Virus record (IMG/VR): IMGVR_UViG_3300035670_000018 | Location: 103,364 to 167,363 of that record | Strand: one strand, 5' to 3' | DNA from: a virus | DNA: 64,000 nt | Part shown: piece after piece, positions 24,958 through 36,044 of the stretch | Layout of the letters: each line of letters opens with the position of its first letter | Numbering within the stretch: position 1 is the stretch's first letter | Position numbers and translations under genes: made by a program | Notes under the pieces: generated by a model | Seen by the model: the letters and a program-made list of their open reading frames with translations, nothing else | The model's database searches: none | What the model was told of the DNA's origin: nothing

Positions 24958-25677
24958 ATGGCAGGTAAAGATAAAGAAAGACAAGAGAGAGGGTTTTTAC
25001 AAGCTGTTAAAAATGCAGTAAAAAAGAACAAAAATGGTCCTATAACTATTTTAGCAGGAAATACAAAATTAGCAAACATAATAGATGCTAAAAAGTTTAC
25101 CACATCTACGTATGATAAAGAACCATATACGGATGTTGCGCTGAAAACTAAAAATTCAAAAAGCATAAATTTATCTTTAAAAGGGGATTCAGCACCTTCT
25201 CTAGCCGGTGGTGGTATGAGAGGTCTTGAAGTCATTATTCCAGGTATTGCCGGCAAGTTCATGAAAGCAGCACATAAGAAATTGATCAGTATGGGTGTCA
25301 AAGCTGGTGATAAAGTACCTGACGTTTATGGCAAAATATCAAAAGTCAATAAGGAAAAGATTGTCATAGGAACAAAAGCGATGGGTGGACCAATTGACTA
25401 TATGTACATTGGGCCTATGGATGTAAAATCTTCCTATGATCCTAAGAATAATACACTAACTCTGAACGGTAATCTTACAGAGTCTAAAATATATGCCAAA
25501 ACACATGATTTGTATTTCAGATTGAGAGCCAGAAGAGAAGACCAGACATTTGATCCAGATGCACAACAAGGTGGTGTACCAAAGATATATGGTAGATCGC
25601 CATCTAGAGGCGATAGTGCAGGAAGAATTGTTATAACAGACAGTGTACCAAAAAATGCAGTAATAGTAGAAGTGTAA
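24958..25677 (+). CDS. Hypothetical protein, possible PD-(D/E)xK nuclease
   Basis: EPYTDV...INLSLK pattern; AT-rich. Confidence 0.45.
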   Translation: MAGKDKERQERGFLQAVKNAVKKNKNGPITILAGNTKLANIIDAKKFTTSTYDKEPYTDVALKTKNSKSINLSLKGDSAPSLAGGGMRGLEVIIPGIAGKFMKAAHKKLISMGVKAGDKVPDVYGKISKVNKEKIVIGTKAMGGPIDYMYIGPMDVKSSYDPKNNTLTLNGNLTESKIYAKTHDLYFRLRARREDQTFDPDAQQGGVPKIYGRSPSRGDSAGRIVITDSVPKNAVIVEV

Positions 25678-26909
25678 TGATAACATATCAAGACTACCTA
25701 ACAGAATCAAAAGAAGGTAAGAACCTTCACTTAGAACACCTAGAAGACGAGGTACTCAATGGCGGCGTTTCTGGCACAAGAGGCGCAATATCCTTTCTAC
25801 AGTCTCTTCGTGATATGCTTGCTGGTCATAGTAAGTCTAGAATTAATGTAACAACAAAATGGGATGGTGCACCAGCTATATTTGCTGGTGTCAATCCAGA
25901 GAACGGCAAGTTCTTTGTTGGTACTAAAGGTGTGTTTGCTCAGAACGCAAAGCTGAACTATACTAATGAAGACATTGACAAGAATCATCCTGGCGAAGGC
26001 CTAAACGTCAAACTCAAGATCGCGCTCAAGTATCTACAGGAACTTGGCATTGATGGTGTGCTACAGGGTGACATGATGTTTACGAAAGCTGATCTTAAGT
26101 CTGAGAATATTGATGGCAAACCTCACATTACATTTCAGCCAAACACAATTGTATATGCTGTACCAGAAGATTCTAATCTAGCCAAAACAATTAAAAGCGC
26201 AAAGATGGGCATTGTATGGCACACAACATACAGTGGTAAAACAATGGCAGATATGAAAGCATCTTTTGGTGCTGATATATCCAATCTTAAAGCATCACGT
26301 AATGTATGGTATAGAGATGCATCATATGTTGACGCATCAGGCACAGCAAACTTTACAGCCGAAGAAACAAAAGAACTTACCAATATTCTCAGTCAGGCTG
26401 GATCATTGTTCAGAACAATATCACCTAGAACATTGAATGAGATTGCAACGAACGACACATACAAGATTACCATCAAAGCATGGAACAATCTAAAAGTCCG
26501 TGAAGGAAAAGAGATAACAAATACATCCACACATGTCGCAGGACTCATTGCAAATGTGGAAGAAAAGCTGAACAAGTCCATTTTGGAAGCAAAGAAGGCT
26601 GATACAAAACAAAAGCGCCAGATGGAAAAAACAATCATCATGAACTTCTATAAGAACAACAGGAACGAGTTAAAGAAGATTTTTGACTTGCAAAATCTCC
26701 TGGTTCGTGCTAAAAATATGATTGTGAGAAAGCTGCAAACAGCCAGAGACACAGTGGAAACATATCTACGTACCGATGAAAAAGGTCTAAAGATTACCAA
26801 TGCGGAAGGTTTCGTGGCTATAGATCATATTGGCCGTGCAGTCAAACTGGTAGACAGATTGGAATTTTCACAAGCCAACTTCAATGCGACAAAGAACTGG
26901 TCCAAATGA
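25677..26909 (+). CDS. Conserved T4-like protein with capsid-targeting-like N-terminus
   Basis: MITYQDYLTE; KNLHLEHLED; TTKWDGAPA; EGFVA; KLVDRLEFS. Confidence 0.75.
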   Translation: MITYQDYLTESKEGKNLHLEHLEDEVLNGGVSGTRGAISFLQSLRDMLAGHSKSRINVTTKWDGAPAIFAGVNPENGKFFVGTKGVFAQNAKLNYTNEDIDKNHPGEGLNVKLKIALKYLQELGIDGVLQGDMMFTKADLKSENIDGKPHITFQPNTIVYAVPEDSNLAKTIKSAKMGIVWHTTYSGKTMADMKASFGADISNLKASRNVWYRDASYVDASGTANFTAEETKELTNILSQAGSLFRTISPRTLNEIATNDTYKITIKAWNNLKVREGKEITNTSTHVAGLIANVEEKLNKSILEAKKADTKQKRQMEKTIIMNFYKNNRNELKKIFDLQNLLVRAKNMIVRKLQTARDTVETYLRTDEKGLKITNAEGFVAIDHIGRAVKLVDRLEFSQANFNATKNWSK

Positions 26910-27592
26910 AATATAAGACATACCAAAAGAAACACAAGAATGAAGTTCGTACATTGAATGTATGGGACATTGATGATACTCTAGGTAAAACGTCAGCCAG
27001 AGTGAACGTGATGAAAGACGGTAAAATCATCAAAGTTTTAGAACCAGGTGAGTTCAATTCATACAAGCTAAAAGCTGGTGAAGAGTTTGAGTTCTCGCAG
27101 TTTCGTTCTGGCAAAGTGTTTCGTGATACATTCAAGCCTATCAGCACTGTTCTAGATCGCGCGCGTGATATTGTAATGAATCAGTCTGAGAACTCAGATT
27201 CTATTATTCTGACAGCCAGAGCAGACTTTGAAGATCACAAAGAGTTTCTACAGACATGGCGTGATCATGGATTTCCAATTGACCATGTATACGTTGAACG
27301 TTCTGGTAATCTGGCCAAACTCAAAGCAGACTCACCAGCACACATTAATAAAGGTGTTGTTCTCAAGAGATATCTAAAGACAGGCAAGTATGATCGTGTA
27401 CGCATGTGGGATGATCATGAGAAGAATCTTGATATCCTATACAAAGTTGCAGCTATGTTTCCTAACGTTGAAGCTATAGGCTATCTTGTTAAAGACGGTC
27501 GTGTCATCAAGTACACACCAAAGTCTATATCCAAAACAATTAACTCAGTCATAAAAGAGAGTGTCAGATATGCAAAATACGAAGAAGTCTGA
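26906..27592 (+). CDS. HAD-superfamily phosphatase
   Basis: WDIDDTL; ILTAR; K...WDD. Confidence 0.75.
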   Translation: MKYKTYQKKHKNEVRTLNVWDIDDTLGKTSARVNVMKDGKIIKVLEPGEFNSYKLKAGEEFEFSQFRSGKVFRDTFKPISTVLDRARDIVMNQSENSDSIILTARADFEDHKEFLQTWRDHGFPIDHVYVERSGNLAKLKADSPAHINKGVVLKRYLKTGKYDRVRMWDDHEKNLDILYKVAAMFPNVEAIGYLVKDGRVIKYTPKSISKTINSVIKESVRYAKYEEV

Positions 27593-27771
27593 GGAATGGG
27601 AACGAAAGACTGCTGACGATATATGGGTCAAACTCAAGGGTAAGCACGTACCCAACGACTATACCATAGAAGAGTGTCGTGATATTCTCAAGAGATACTG
27701 GCACAAGGCTATGGAGTCAGAACAATAAAAACACTAAATACTCTATAGGATAACATTCCTGTAGAGGGAAA

Positions 27772-30700
27772 ATGAAAATATTAGCAGTTTATCCTGGGCG
27801 ATTTCAACCATTTCATAAGGGTCACGCTCAGGTTTATCAGTGGTTAAAAAACAAGTTTGGCGATGCAGTCATTGCCACTTCAGATAAAGTAGAAGCACCA
27901 AAGAGTCCATTCAACTTCGCTGAGAAGAAACGAATGATGATGTTAGCTGGTGTGCCATCTAGTGATATTCAACAAGTCACAAATCCCTACATAGCCAGAG
28001 AAATACTCAGACAGTACGATCCCAAGACGACGGTTTTAGTCTTCGCTGTGTCGCAAAAAGACATGGAAGAAGACCCTAGATTTTCATTCAAGCCGACCAA
28101 AACTGGCAAGCCCGGCTATCTCCAACCATACAAAGGCAACGAAAAGAAGCTAAAGCCATTTGGCGATACAATGATGCCAAAAGGTTATGTCATTGTCACA
28201 CCTACCTTTACGTTTGATGTATTAGGCAAGCCTGCAACATCGGCCTCAGAACTACGTAAGCAGTTTGTTTCCTTGAATGATGAAAAACAAAAAGCTTTCA
28301 TTAAGGACTTGTTTGGCAAGTATAATGCATCTGTTCACAAGCTAATGAATGATAAGATTGGTGCAATGCTCAAGAAGCCTAAAACAGTAAAGCAGTTAAA
28401 AGAATCACTGAATATTGGTCTAACCTTTGCACGTAAGGAGATGCCTCAGATTGGTGCTGCATCTTCGTTCATGAAGTATCTCAGAGATAACGAGATTGGT
28501 TCTAAGCGTGAAAAAGTTGATCCAAGTGAATTACGTTCATCTCAAATGGAATTTGATAGAGATAAAGTTGATTCCATTCGTATGAATCCAAGCAAAAATC
28601 CAATCATCGTTTCAAACGACGGCCATGTAATGGATGGTCATCATCGCTGGCTAGCAGATAAAGAAGAAAACAGAGAATGTGATGCTATCGTATGTGACTT
28701 ACCTATTCTTGATTTACTCTATCATGCAAAGAACTATTCTCAGCAGCTAAAAGAAGAAGTGACTCGCAAAGAACTAGCACCTATGCTAGACACATTCGTA
28801 TCATTTGCATCTGACAAACTTGGTTTAAAGTCTATGCCTAGCATTAGATACAAGACAGATGATGATGACTATAATTCATTTGCTGCATACAATCCATCAT
28901 CAAACGAACTTTCCATCAGCACAATCAATCGTCATCCAATGGATATATTTCGTTCTGTTGCACATGAACTTGTGCATCACAAACAGAATGAAGATGGTCG
29001 TCTTGGTAAAGATATAGCCAAAGAAGGTGAGACTGGTTCTGATATAGAAAACGAAGCAAATGCAGAAGCAGGAAAAATCATGCGTTGGTTTGCAAAAGCT
29101 AATCCAGATATGTTTGGTAGAAGTTATGTTGTAGAATCAACAAACACTGCTGCTATGGCACCAGTTGGAGGCATTCGTGGTCTGGGCAATGTCACTGGTG
29201 AAGTATCACCTACTGTAACTTCACAATATGTAATCCACAATCAGACAGAAACCCAGAAGATGCAGGGTAATCAATTGGCTGGTTTATGGTACGATGATGG
29301 TATTGATAGTTTTTGGCTTGATGCAAAGGGTAAAAACGATTATCAGAAAAAAGCTATGAAAAGCTTCAAGAATCTTAGAGAAAATCTAAACGAAGGCATT
29401 AATGATCCTGGTAAACTTAAGGCCATCTTCTTAGCAGGTGGACCAGGTTCAGGCAAAGAATATGTAATGAATGCTACTCTTGCTGGTGAAGGATTGAAAG
29501 AAATTAACTCTGACGTTGCATTTGAATATCTTATGCAGAAGAACGGCCTTGATCTTGAAATGCCAGATGAAGAAAGAGTTGAGCGTGATATTGTTCGTGG
29601 TCGTGCAAAGAACATTACCAAAGAACAAGAACGTCTAGCACTGTCTGGTCGTCTTGGTCTGATCATCAATGGCACAGCAGATGACCTAGAAAAGATCAAG
29701 ACAATCAAGAGCCAGTTGGAAGCTGACGGTTACGAAACGATGATGGTATTCGTAAACACTTCTAATGAAGTATCGCGTGAACGCAATGTTGAACGTGGTA
29801 AGATGGGTAAGCGTAAAGTTCCAGATGGTACTGACAAGCAAGGTAATCCAGACAACTCACCTAACATTCGTCAAGAGAAGTGGGATCTAGCACAAAAGAA
29901 CATCGGTGAACTACAAAAGATATTTGGTAATGAACGTTTTGCTGTTCTAGACAATACTGCTGACATTCGTAAAGTTGGACCAGAAGAGAAAGAAAAGGTT
30001 CTGGTTAACTTCAATCGTGTCCGTCGTATGGCTCAACAGTTTGTTCGTGCTGACAACAAAAATCCAGCCGCTGCAAAGTGGATTGAGCGTGAAGCTGAGA
30101 AGCGTGGCATCACATATCAAGAGCCAAAGAGAAACAAGACGCTTACACAGATTCGTCAGGACGTTCCAAAAGTTGTTCATAAACCAGATAATGATCTAAT
30201 GCTACAGGCTAGAAGACTTGGTTTGTCTTACTATGGCTTTGGTCGTTTTGGTCGTAAAGTTGGTGGTGTAAACAAAGTATTATTCCATAGCAAAGGTGGT
30301 AAACTAATGAGAGTTCAGACAGTCAATGAAGATTTGCGCCAGTGGTTTAGTAAGACACATCCAAAAGGTAATTGGAAAAGAGTAGATACAAAAGGTAATA
30401 TTAAAGGTGATTGTGCGAGAGAACCAGGAGAGGGTAAACCAAAGTGTATGCCTGCATCTAAAGCATATTCAATGAGTAAAGAAGATCGTGCTAAGTCAGC
30501 AAAAAGAAAAAGAAGAGAGGATCCCGTGGCAGATAGGTCAGGAAAAGGCAATAAGCCTGTAATGGTAAAAACAGAGTCAGTTCAAAAAGCAATTGACAAG
30601 ATCAATCGTGATAGAATGTCAGAAGAAATTCTGTCAGAAAAGAATCAACCAACAAACCCATCTTTATGGTCAAAGGCTAAATCACTGGCCAGATCAAAGT

Positions 30701-31701
30701 TTGATGTATATCCTTCAGCATACGCGAACGGATGGGCAGCAAAGTGGTACAAGTCAAAAGGTGGTGGTTGGAAATCTGTTAATGAAGAAAAGGGTACATG
30801 CTGGGACGGTTATGTACAAAAAGGTATGAAGAAGAAAGGCAATCGCATGGTACCAAATTGCGTACCAGCAAATGAAGCATTTGAACAATTCTTAGAGACA
30901 AATGGTAACAAACCAGATAAAAAGAAAAAGAAACTAAGCCAAGAGGCAATGGATGCATCTGTACAGGGCGGATATGCTTTTGGTGCTGATGGCATTGGAC
31001 CAACATTTGCTGTCCCTCGCGCAGGCACACCATACGGATTTGGATATGGTTCTGCATACTCTGCTGGTTTATCCGAAAGTATTGTATCTTGGATGCAGTC
31101 TGAAAGAACACAACAAAAGTTTGCAACCAAGTACGGCGATCTTTGGGAAGATAAACTGGTTGAAGCTGCACTAAGACTTGAAGAAGCTGGTTGTGGTTGC
31201 AGTCATAGTGAAAAGAAGTCTATCAAGAAGCTACGTGAAGGTATGGAAGGTGGCGTCAACAATATGAGTATGATTCCAACTCAAAGAAAGAATGATGATG
31301 TAAATGAAAAGACATTAACTCCAGCTGAAATGAGTAAGCGTGAAGATATTGTAATGGCTCTGAAGCGTAAAGGCATGTCAAAAGATAAAGCTTTTCCAAT
31401 TGCTACAGCAAGAGCAAAGCAAGTTGCAGAAGAACAGCTTAATGAACGTGGTGCAGATTCAAAGGGTCTTTACAGACCAACTGAAAAGGGTGCAGGTTTA
31501 ACAAGAAAAGGTGCAAAGCACTATGGTGTAAAGACTGCTGTTACTACACCGCCTTCTAAGCTGGATCCAAAAGGTAAAGCTGCAAAGCGCCGTAAGTCAT
31601 TTTGTGCAAGAATGGGTGGCATGAAAGGCCCAATGAAAGATGAAAAGGGCAGACCAACACGTAAAGCTATGTCGCTTAGACGTTGGAATTGCGAAGAATA
31701 G
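27772..31701 (+). CDS. Multidomain protein: nucleotidyltransferase-like, ParB-like, zincin, P-loop kinase and small basic domains
   Basis: GRFQPFHKGH; DGHHRW; AHELVHH; AGGPGSGK; LxE linkers. Confidence 0.8.
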   Translation: MKILAVYPGRFQPFHKGHAQVYQWLKNKFGDAVIATSDKVEAPKSPFNFAEKKRMMMLAGVPSSDIQQVTNPYIAREILRQYDPKTTVLVFAVSQKDMEEDPRFSFKPTKTGKPGYLQPYKGNEKKLKPFGDTMMPKGYVIVTPTFTFDVLGKPATSASELRKQFVSLNDEKQKAFIKDLFGKYNASVHKLMNDKIGAMLKKPKTVKQLKESLNIGLTFARKEMPQIGAASSFMKYLRDNEIGSKREKVDPSELRSSQMEFDRDKVDSIRMNPSKNPIIVSNDGHVMDGHHRWLADKEENRECDAIVCDLPILDLLYHAKNYSQQLKEEVTRKELAPMLDTFVSFASDKLGLKSMPSIRYKTDDDDYNSFAAYNPSSNELSISTINRHPMDIFRSVAHELVHHKQNEDGRLGKDIAKEGETGSDIENEANAEAGKIMRWFAKANPDMFGRSYVVESTNTAAMAPVGGIRGLGNVTGEVSPTVTSQYVIHNQTETQKMQGNQLAGLWYDDGIDSFWLDAKGKNDYQKKAMKSFKNLRENLNEGINDPGKLKAIFLAGGPGSGKEYVMNATLAGEGLKEINSDVAFEYLMQKNGLDLEMPDEERVERDIVRGRAKNITKEQERLALSGRLGLIINGTADDLEKIKTIKSQLEADGYETMMVFVNTSNEVSRERNVERGKMGKRKVPDGTDKQGNPDNSPNIRQEKWDLAQKNIGELQKIFGNERFAVLDNTADIRKVGPEEKEKVLVNFNRVRRMAQQFVRADNKNPAAAKWIEREAEKRGITYQEPKRNKTLTQIRQDVPKVVHKPDNDLMLQARRLGLSYYGFGRFGRKVGGVNKVLFHSKGGKLMRVQTVNEDLRQWFSKTHPKGNWKRVDTKGNIKGDCAREPGEGKPKCMPASKAYSMSKEDRAKSAKRKRREDPVADRSGKGNKPVMVKTESVQKAIDKINRDRMSEEILSEKNQPTNPSLWSKAKSLARSKFDVYPSAYANGWAAKWYKSKGGGWKSVNEEKGTCWDGYVQKGMKKKGNRMVPNCVPANEAFEQFLETNGNKPDKKKKKLSQEAMDASVQGGYAFGADGIGPTFAVPRAGTPYGFGYGSAYSAGLSESIVSWMQSERTQQKFATKYGDLWEDKLVEAALRLEEAGCGCSHSEKKSIKKLREGMEGGVNNMSMIPTQRKNDDVNEKTLTPAEMSKREDIVMALKRKGMSKDKAFPIATARAKQVAEEQLNERGADSKGLYRPTEKGAGLTRKGAKHYGVKTAVTTPPSKLDPKGKAAKRRKSFCARMGGMKGPMKDEKGRPTRKAMSLRRWNCEE

Positions 31702-31743
31702 GAATTCAATAAATATAAGTAAAATCCATAGAGGACAAATAAA

Positions 31744-33150
31744 ATGCTTAACAAAAACGATCCATTAATCAGCGCAGTTCAGGAAGTAATGAAGAAAAAT
31801 CATACTGAACGTGAAGCTGTAAAATTAGTAAACGAGAAATTTGGTGTGCATGACCGTAAGGCTCTGCCACATGAGCGTCAACATGAATGGGATGCTGCAT
31901 ACAAGACTGTATTGACAGAAGGTGTAAAAGCACTTGATGAAAAACTTGTAGGCAATCAACATAAGATTGACGCAAATAAGAATGGCAGAGTTGACGGTGG
32001 TGATTTTCCGCTTCTTAAGAAGGGTGTTCGTCCCGTAGCAGAGGAAGAAGTATCTGAAGAGTCTGACAAGAAGTCTAAGTTTTTGGAAATGATTAAGAAG
32101 GCCAAAGAAAAGAAAAAGGTAAACGAGGGTTTTAATAGCCGCCACAGTTTGAGCGAGAAAGCTTCTGCTGAAAAGCAGGCTGTGGCGGCATTGAATGAAG
32201 ATGATATTGATTCATACGAAAACAGAATGACTGCTGGTCTTGGTCAGCAGTATACTCCATATGGTGGTGGTCGTTTTGGTGGTGGTGCTGCAAAGACAGG
32301 TTCAATACGTCCACGTCCAGTCCGTATTGATAATCCAAGACTAAAAAACACAAGAACCGGTGAAGTATCTACTGGAACAAGCGGACCAAAAACAAGAAAG
32401 CGTCTTGTTCGTAAGCAACAGCAACCATCAGCAGCACAACAAGGTACAATGCAAGGTCAAATCGCAAAGATGAGACAGCAGAGTGGAGATGTTGCGCCAG
32501 TTAGAATGGGTATGAATGCTGCTGATAAAGCAAAGCTGCGTATTGATCAGGCTAAGAGAAACTATCGTACAACAGTACAGAATAGACCTCCAAGTCAGAC
32601 ACCAAGTCAAAATATTCCTAAGCCAAATCCACAAGGCCAAGGAAGTGCTTTACCTCCACCAAAAACAACTTCTCCTGTTATCAGAAGAGGTGGTATGAGT
32701 ACATCACGTATTATTAAAAATGTAGCAGGAAGTGCTGCTGCGGGTGCTGCTGTAGGCGGTGCAGGTATTGCAGCGATGAGTTATTTAAATGATTTAGGCA
32801 ATAAGCCACCTCCAGCAGAAGCTAAACCTAAAGGAAAAATCTATACAGACAGAGTTCCTGAAGAGAAACCAAAAGCACAAGAAATTCCACAAAGAAAGTT
32901 GGATACACCTACACGTAAAGTTACAGATACAGAAATTATGAATGCACCACAATACAAACAAGCTGTAAAAGCTGTTGGTGGTGAAGCGAGTGCTAGAAAA
33001 ATACAACCAGGAACTAATGTGTCTGGTGTTGGCACAGTTGCTAAAGGTGAAACAATTTGGTCTAAAGTAAAGTCTCAACTTGAAAAACAACCTGCACCAG
33101 CACCTAAGGGTTTTGAAAGAGGCAACACAAAGGGTGGAGCAGGAAGATAA
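31744..33150 (+). CDS. Low-complexity probable internal head protein
   Basis: EF-hand-like DANKNGRVDGGD; repeated LxE motifs. Confidence 0.55.
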   Translation: MLNKNDPLISAVQEVMKKNHTEREAVKLVNEKFGVHDRKALPHERQHEWDAAYKTVLTEGVKALDEKLVGNQHKIDANKNGRVDGGDFPLLKKGVRPVAEEEVSEESDKKSKFLEMIKKAKEKKKVNEGFNSRHSLSEKASAEKQAVAALNEDDIDSYENRMTAGLGQQYTPYGGGRFGGGAAKTGSIRPRPVRIDNPRLKNTRTGEVSTGTSGPKTRKRLVRKQQQPSAAQQGTMQGQIAKMRQQSGDVAPVRMGMNAADKAKLRIDQAKRNYRTTVQNRPPSQTPSQNIPKPNPQGQGSALPPPKTTSPVIRRGGMSTSRIIKNVAGSAAAGAAVGGAGIAAMSYLNDLGNKPPPAEAKPKGKIYTDRVPEEKPKAQEIPQRKLDTPTRKVTDTEIMNAPQYKQAVKAVGGEASARKIQPGTNVSGVGTVAKGETIWSKVKSQLEKQPAPAPKGFERGNTKGGAGR

Positions 33151-33506
33151 TGAACAAGAAAAAACTTGCTGATATGGTCAAGACTATACGCAAAGAAAAA
33201 ATGGAAATGATGGACATGAATACATCTTCAAATGTAAAAAGTCCATCACGCGATGTTACGGAAGAGATACTGAAAGAGTATCAGGCTAGATCAGCCAAGA
33301 CTCACACTCTTGTTGGAACAAAAACACCTAGTGGAAGAAGAGGCTATCATAAGAAAGTTAGTATGCCTAAAGGCGGCTCAAAGACAAAAGACAGATATAA
33401 ACTGAGCATCCAGCTGGCCGAGAAAAAAGAAGCATCTTCTAATTCCAAGACAACAATAATAAATACTACACCAGAACAAGATTCAACTATGGTAGGCACT
33501 CAATAA
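33150..33506 (+). CDS. Hypothetical basic protein
   Basis: ORF track; coupled stop/start. Confidence 0.5.
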   Translation: MNKKKLADMVKTIRKEKMEMMDMNTSSNVKSPSRDVTEEILKEYQARSAKTHTLVGTKTPSGRRGYHKKVSMPKGGSKTKDRYKLSIQLAEKKEASSNSKTTIINTTPEQDSTMVGTQ

Positions 33507-33517
33507 GGAGAAAGTAA

Positions 33518-34111
33518 ATGTCACTTTGGACTAATCTAGATGGCGCAAAAGGCAATGGTAAGCCAGTTTTTGCCAACACAACATATAGAGTATCAAACTC
33601 TACAATTAACGCAGACAAAGCCAATACTGCAAAGTATTATGGCGCAGTTTATGGCGTATCTGCAACAGAAGCAGCAAACACACTTGCTGACGGTAAGAAA
33701 GTTGCACACGCTGGTTGGGTATCACAGAAGATTGGCACAGGTCCAATCAAGTCTGTAACAATCGTAAACGGCGGTCAAAACTATAACTCTGCTGGATACA
33801 TCGTTGTATCGGGTGGTGGTGACGGCACAGTGAACTTGGCTTATACAATTGCCAACTCACTCAATACGTTACAAACATACTCTTCTAACTCATACTTGAA
33901 CACAATTGCAACAGTCGCAATTGTTAATGGTGGTGCAGGATTTAACGTTGCTCCAACTCTTGTAGCAAACGGACCAAACAGCGCCAACTTTGCTACGTTC
34001 TCAGTAACACTAGGTGGTCGTGCTGGCCGTGTTCAGTATGAAACACTAGTTGCTATGGGATCTATTACAGGTGATGATCCAGCCGACGACAAGTATTTCC
34101 CAGGCGCTTAA
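33518..34111 (+). CDS. Probable virion structural protein
   Basis: MSLW...AHAGWV...GRAGRVQYETLVAM, a pattern I recognise from T4-like phages. Confidence 0.65.
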   Translation: MSLWTNLDGAKGNGKPVFANTTYRVSNSTINADKANTAKYYGAVYGVSATEAANTLADGKKVAHAGWVSQKIGTGPIKSVTIVNGGQNYNSAGYIVVSGGGDGTVNLAYTIANSLNTLQTYSSNSYLNTIATVAIVNGGAGFNVAPTLVANGPNSANFATFSVTLGGRAGRVQYETLVAMGSITGDDPADDKYFPGA

Positions 34112-34133
34112 TAAGAAAGAATGGCGGTAACCA

Positions 34134-35126
34134 ATGAAGAGATTTACTGAATATCTAAACGAAGATTTTGATCCTGCAATTTATAATAGTGATGGCGCTA
34201 TATCAATCAACGATCCTACCGTCGTTGATGCGATGAACGCTAATCTGGATGCTTCTACTAGTTCATCTTTTAGAACACCGTATAATGCGCTGGAAGAAGT
34301 TAGAAAGGTATTAGCCTACTACAAAATCTTTCTCCCTAAGAGTATCTTTCTAGATCAAAATCACGGCAACGATGTTTTTGAAATCTCTCAGTTTGGTGAA
34401 AAGATGGGAATGAATAATGATGGAGAAGTCGTAGCCGCCAGCGACTCTTCATTGTTCCTTTACTTTGAATGGTCAATGGACGAAAAAGGCATGTATGATG
34501 TATTTGCTTCCATTGTCAATAGTGAAGAATTAGAAGAAATCATGGCCGACTTTGATGCAGAAGTTGAAGATGATGATAGTGAACTAAATGAGTCTATTGC
34601 TGAAAAGACAAAGATGTTATACAAGCTTGTCAACAAGATGAATGCTGAAAAGCAGATGAACGAAATGCCTATGCCTGATCTAAAGAAAAAGATGGATGCA
34701 AAGAAAGCCTCTCTTCCTAACATGATGAAGGAAGATGATATGGACAAGTTTGATGATGATGACAAGCCTAAGAAGCCAAAGAAGGCTATGAAGTATCGTC
34801 ATGAAACTTCTGGTAAAGAAATCATGCACACAGGCACACCACCAAAAGGTTATAAGCTTGTAAAAGAATCAGAACAACTTGATGAACTTTCAAAAAAGAC
34901 ACTTGGTAATTATATCAAGAAAGCATCTCATGATGTAGCAACAAAGTCTGCTGCAACTGGCCGCTATGCTGATCGTGCAAATAAAGCAAGAGATGAAATG
35001 AAGAAAGGCGACTATAAGAACTGGCCACAAGGCAAGAAAGATGATGAGTTCGCAGACAAGATGTTCAAGAAATCTTGGAAGCGCAGAAAAGGCATTGCTA
35101 AGGCAGTAGATAAAATAACAAAATAA
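34134..35126 (+). CDS. Probable internal head protein
   Basis: MKRFTEYLNE; LDELSKKTLGNYIKKA. Confidence 0.6.
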   Translation: MKRFTEYLNEDFDPAIYNSDGAISINDPTVVDAMNANLDASTSSSFRTPYNALEEVRKVLAYYKIFLPKSIFLDQNHGNDVFEISQFGEKMGMNNDGEVVAASDSSLFLYFEWSMDEKGMYDVFASIVNSEELEEIMADFDAEVEDDDSELNESIAEKTKMLYKLVNKMNAEKQMNEMPMPDLKKKMDAKKASLPNMMKEDDMDKFDDDDKPKKPKKAMKYRHETSGKEIMHTGTPPKGYKLVKESEQLDELSKKTLGNYIKKASHDVATKSAATGRYADRANKARDEMKKGDYKNWPQGKKDDEFADKMFKKSWKRRKGIAKAVDKITK

Positions 35127-35512
35127 TGTTTGACAATTTGAATGATGATAACTTCCTACTTTATGCGATGAAATGCTACGATTCTCCAAATGCTATCATG
35201 AGTGAGTTTGAAGAGGATCTAAAACGAATAAAGTATGTGAAGAGATTGATAAAGAGATACAGGGCCACTGGAGAGTTAAAAGAAAGATTGATACTCAATC
35301 ATCTTATCATTCTGTCAAATGTATTTGGAACTAAGAACTCTGTGAGAATGTTGTTCTATAAAGTAGACAAGGAAGACTACGATATACTAAAGACATTCTT
35401 ACTTTTTTTACACTACATGCCAGACACAGTGTTAGGCATCAAAGGAAAGAACATCTACAGTTCGGATATCACTGTAGATGTATTTGTTGGTAAGAGACTT
35501 AGAGATATCTAA
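35126..35512 (+). CDS. Conserved T4-like hypothetical protein
   Basis: NFLLYAMKCY...EF.EDLKRIKY.KRL...LILNH. Confidence 0.7.
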   Translation: MFDNLNDDNFLLYAMKCYDSPNAIMSEFEEDLKRIKYVKRLIKRYRATGELKERLILNHLIILSNVFGTKNSVRMLFYKVDKEDYDILKTFLLFLHYMPDTVLGIKGKNIYSSDITVDVFVGKRLRDI

Positions 35513-35576
35513 AGGTATTCATATCATCGCTGGCATAGCCAATATAACACTCTGTCAATAGGTTGTCAATAGAAAA

Positions 35577-36044
35577 ATGAAGTATATTAAAGAGAATTTA
35601 GCAGGAGCAGGAACATCGGCTGATGGCGGCATGTCTGCTCCTTTTTCTGCGATGGGACAGGAAATAGACGCGAGAAGAAAAGAAAAGCCAAAAGCATTGT
35701 CTAAGGTTTCATTTGTTGACGAAGAGAATGTGGTAGGAAGTGGAGCAGTAGCAGGACTTGGTGTTGGTCCACAAGGAGAACCAGGTCGTCCTCCTCAACT
35801 CATGCCGATGGCTCGTCGTGGTAAAAAGTTTATGGGTGTAGAAACATTCATTGTTCCTTCTAAGACATTCAATACAATTAGAGATGCAAAGCGTAAAGGT
35901 AAACACTGGCGTAAGTATCTTGATGAAGATGAAGCATTTCATCACATTCGGATAGAAGCAAAGAAGAACAAGAAGAAAGCAATTATTATAGAAGATGAAA
36001 ATACAGGAGCATTATGCTTCGCAAGATATGGAAAAAATGTATGA
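35577..36044 (+). CDS. Hypothetical protein
   Basis: ORF track. Confidence 0.6.
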   Translation: MKYIKENLAGAGTSADGGMSAPFSAMGQEIDARRKEKPKALSKVSFVDEENVVGSGAVAGLGVGPQGEPGRPPQLMPMARRGKKFMGVETFIVPSKTFNTIRDAKRKGKHWRKYLDEDEAFHHIRIEAKKNKKKAIIIEDENTGALCFARYGKNV

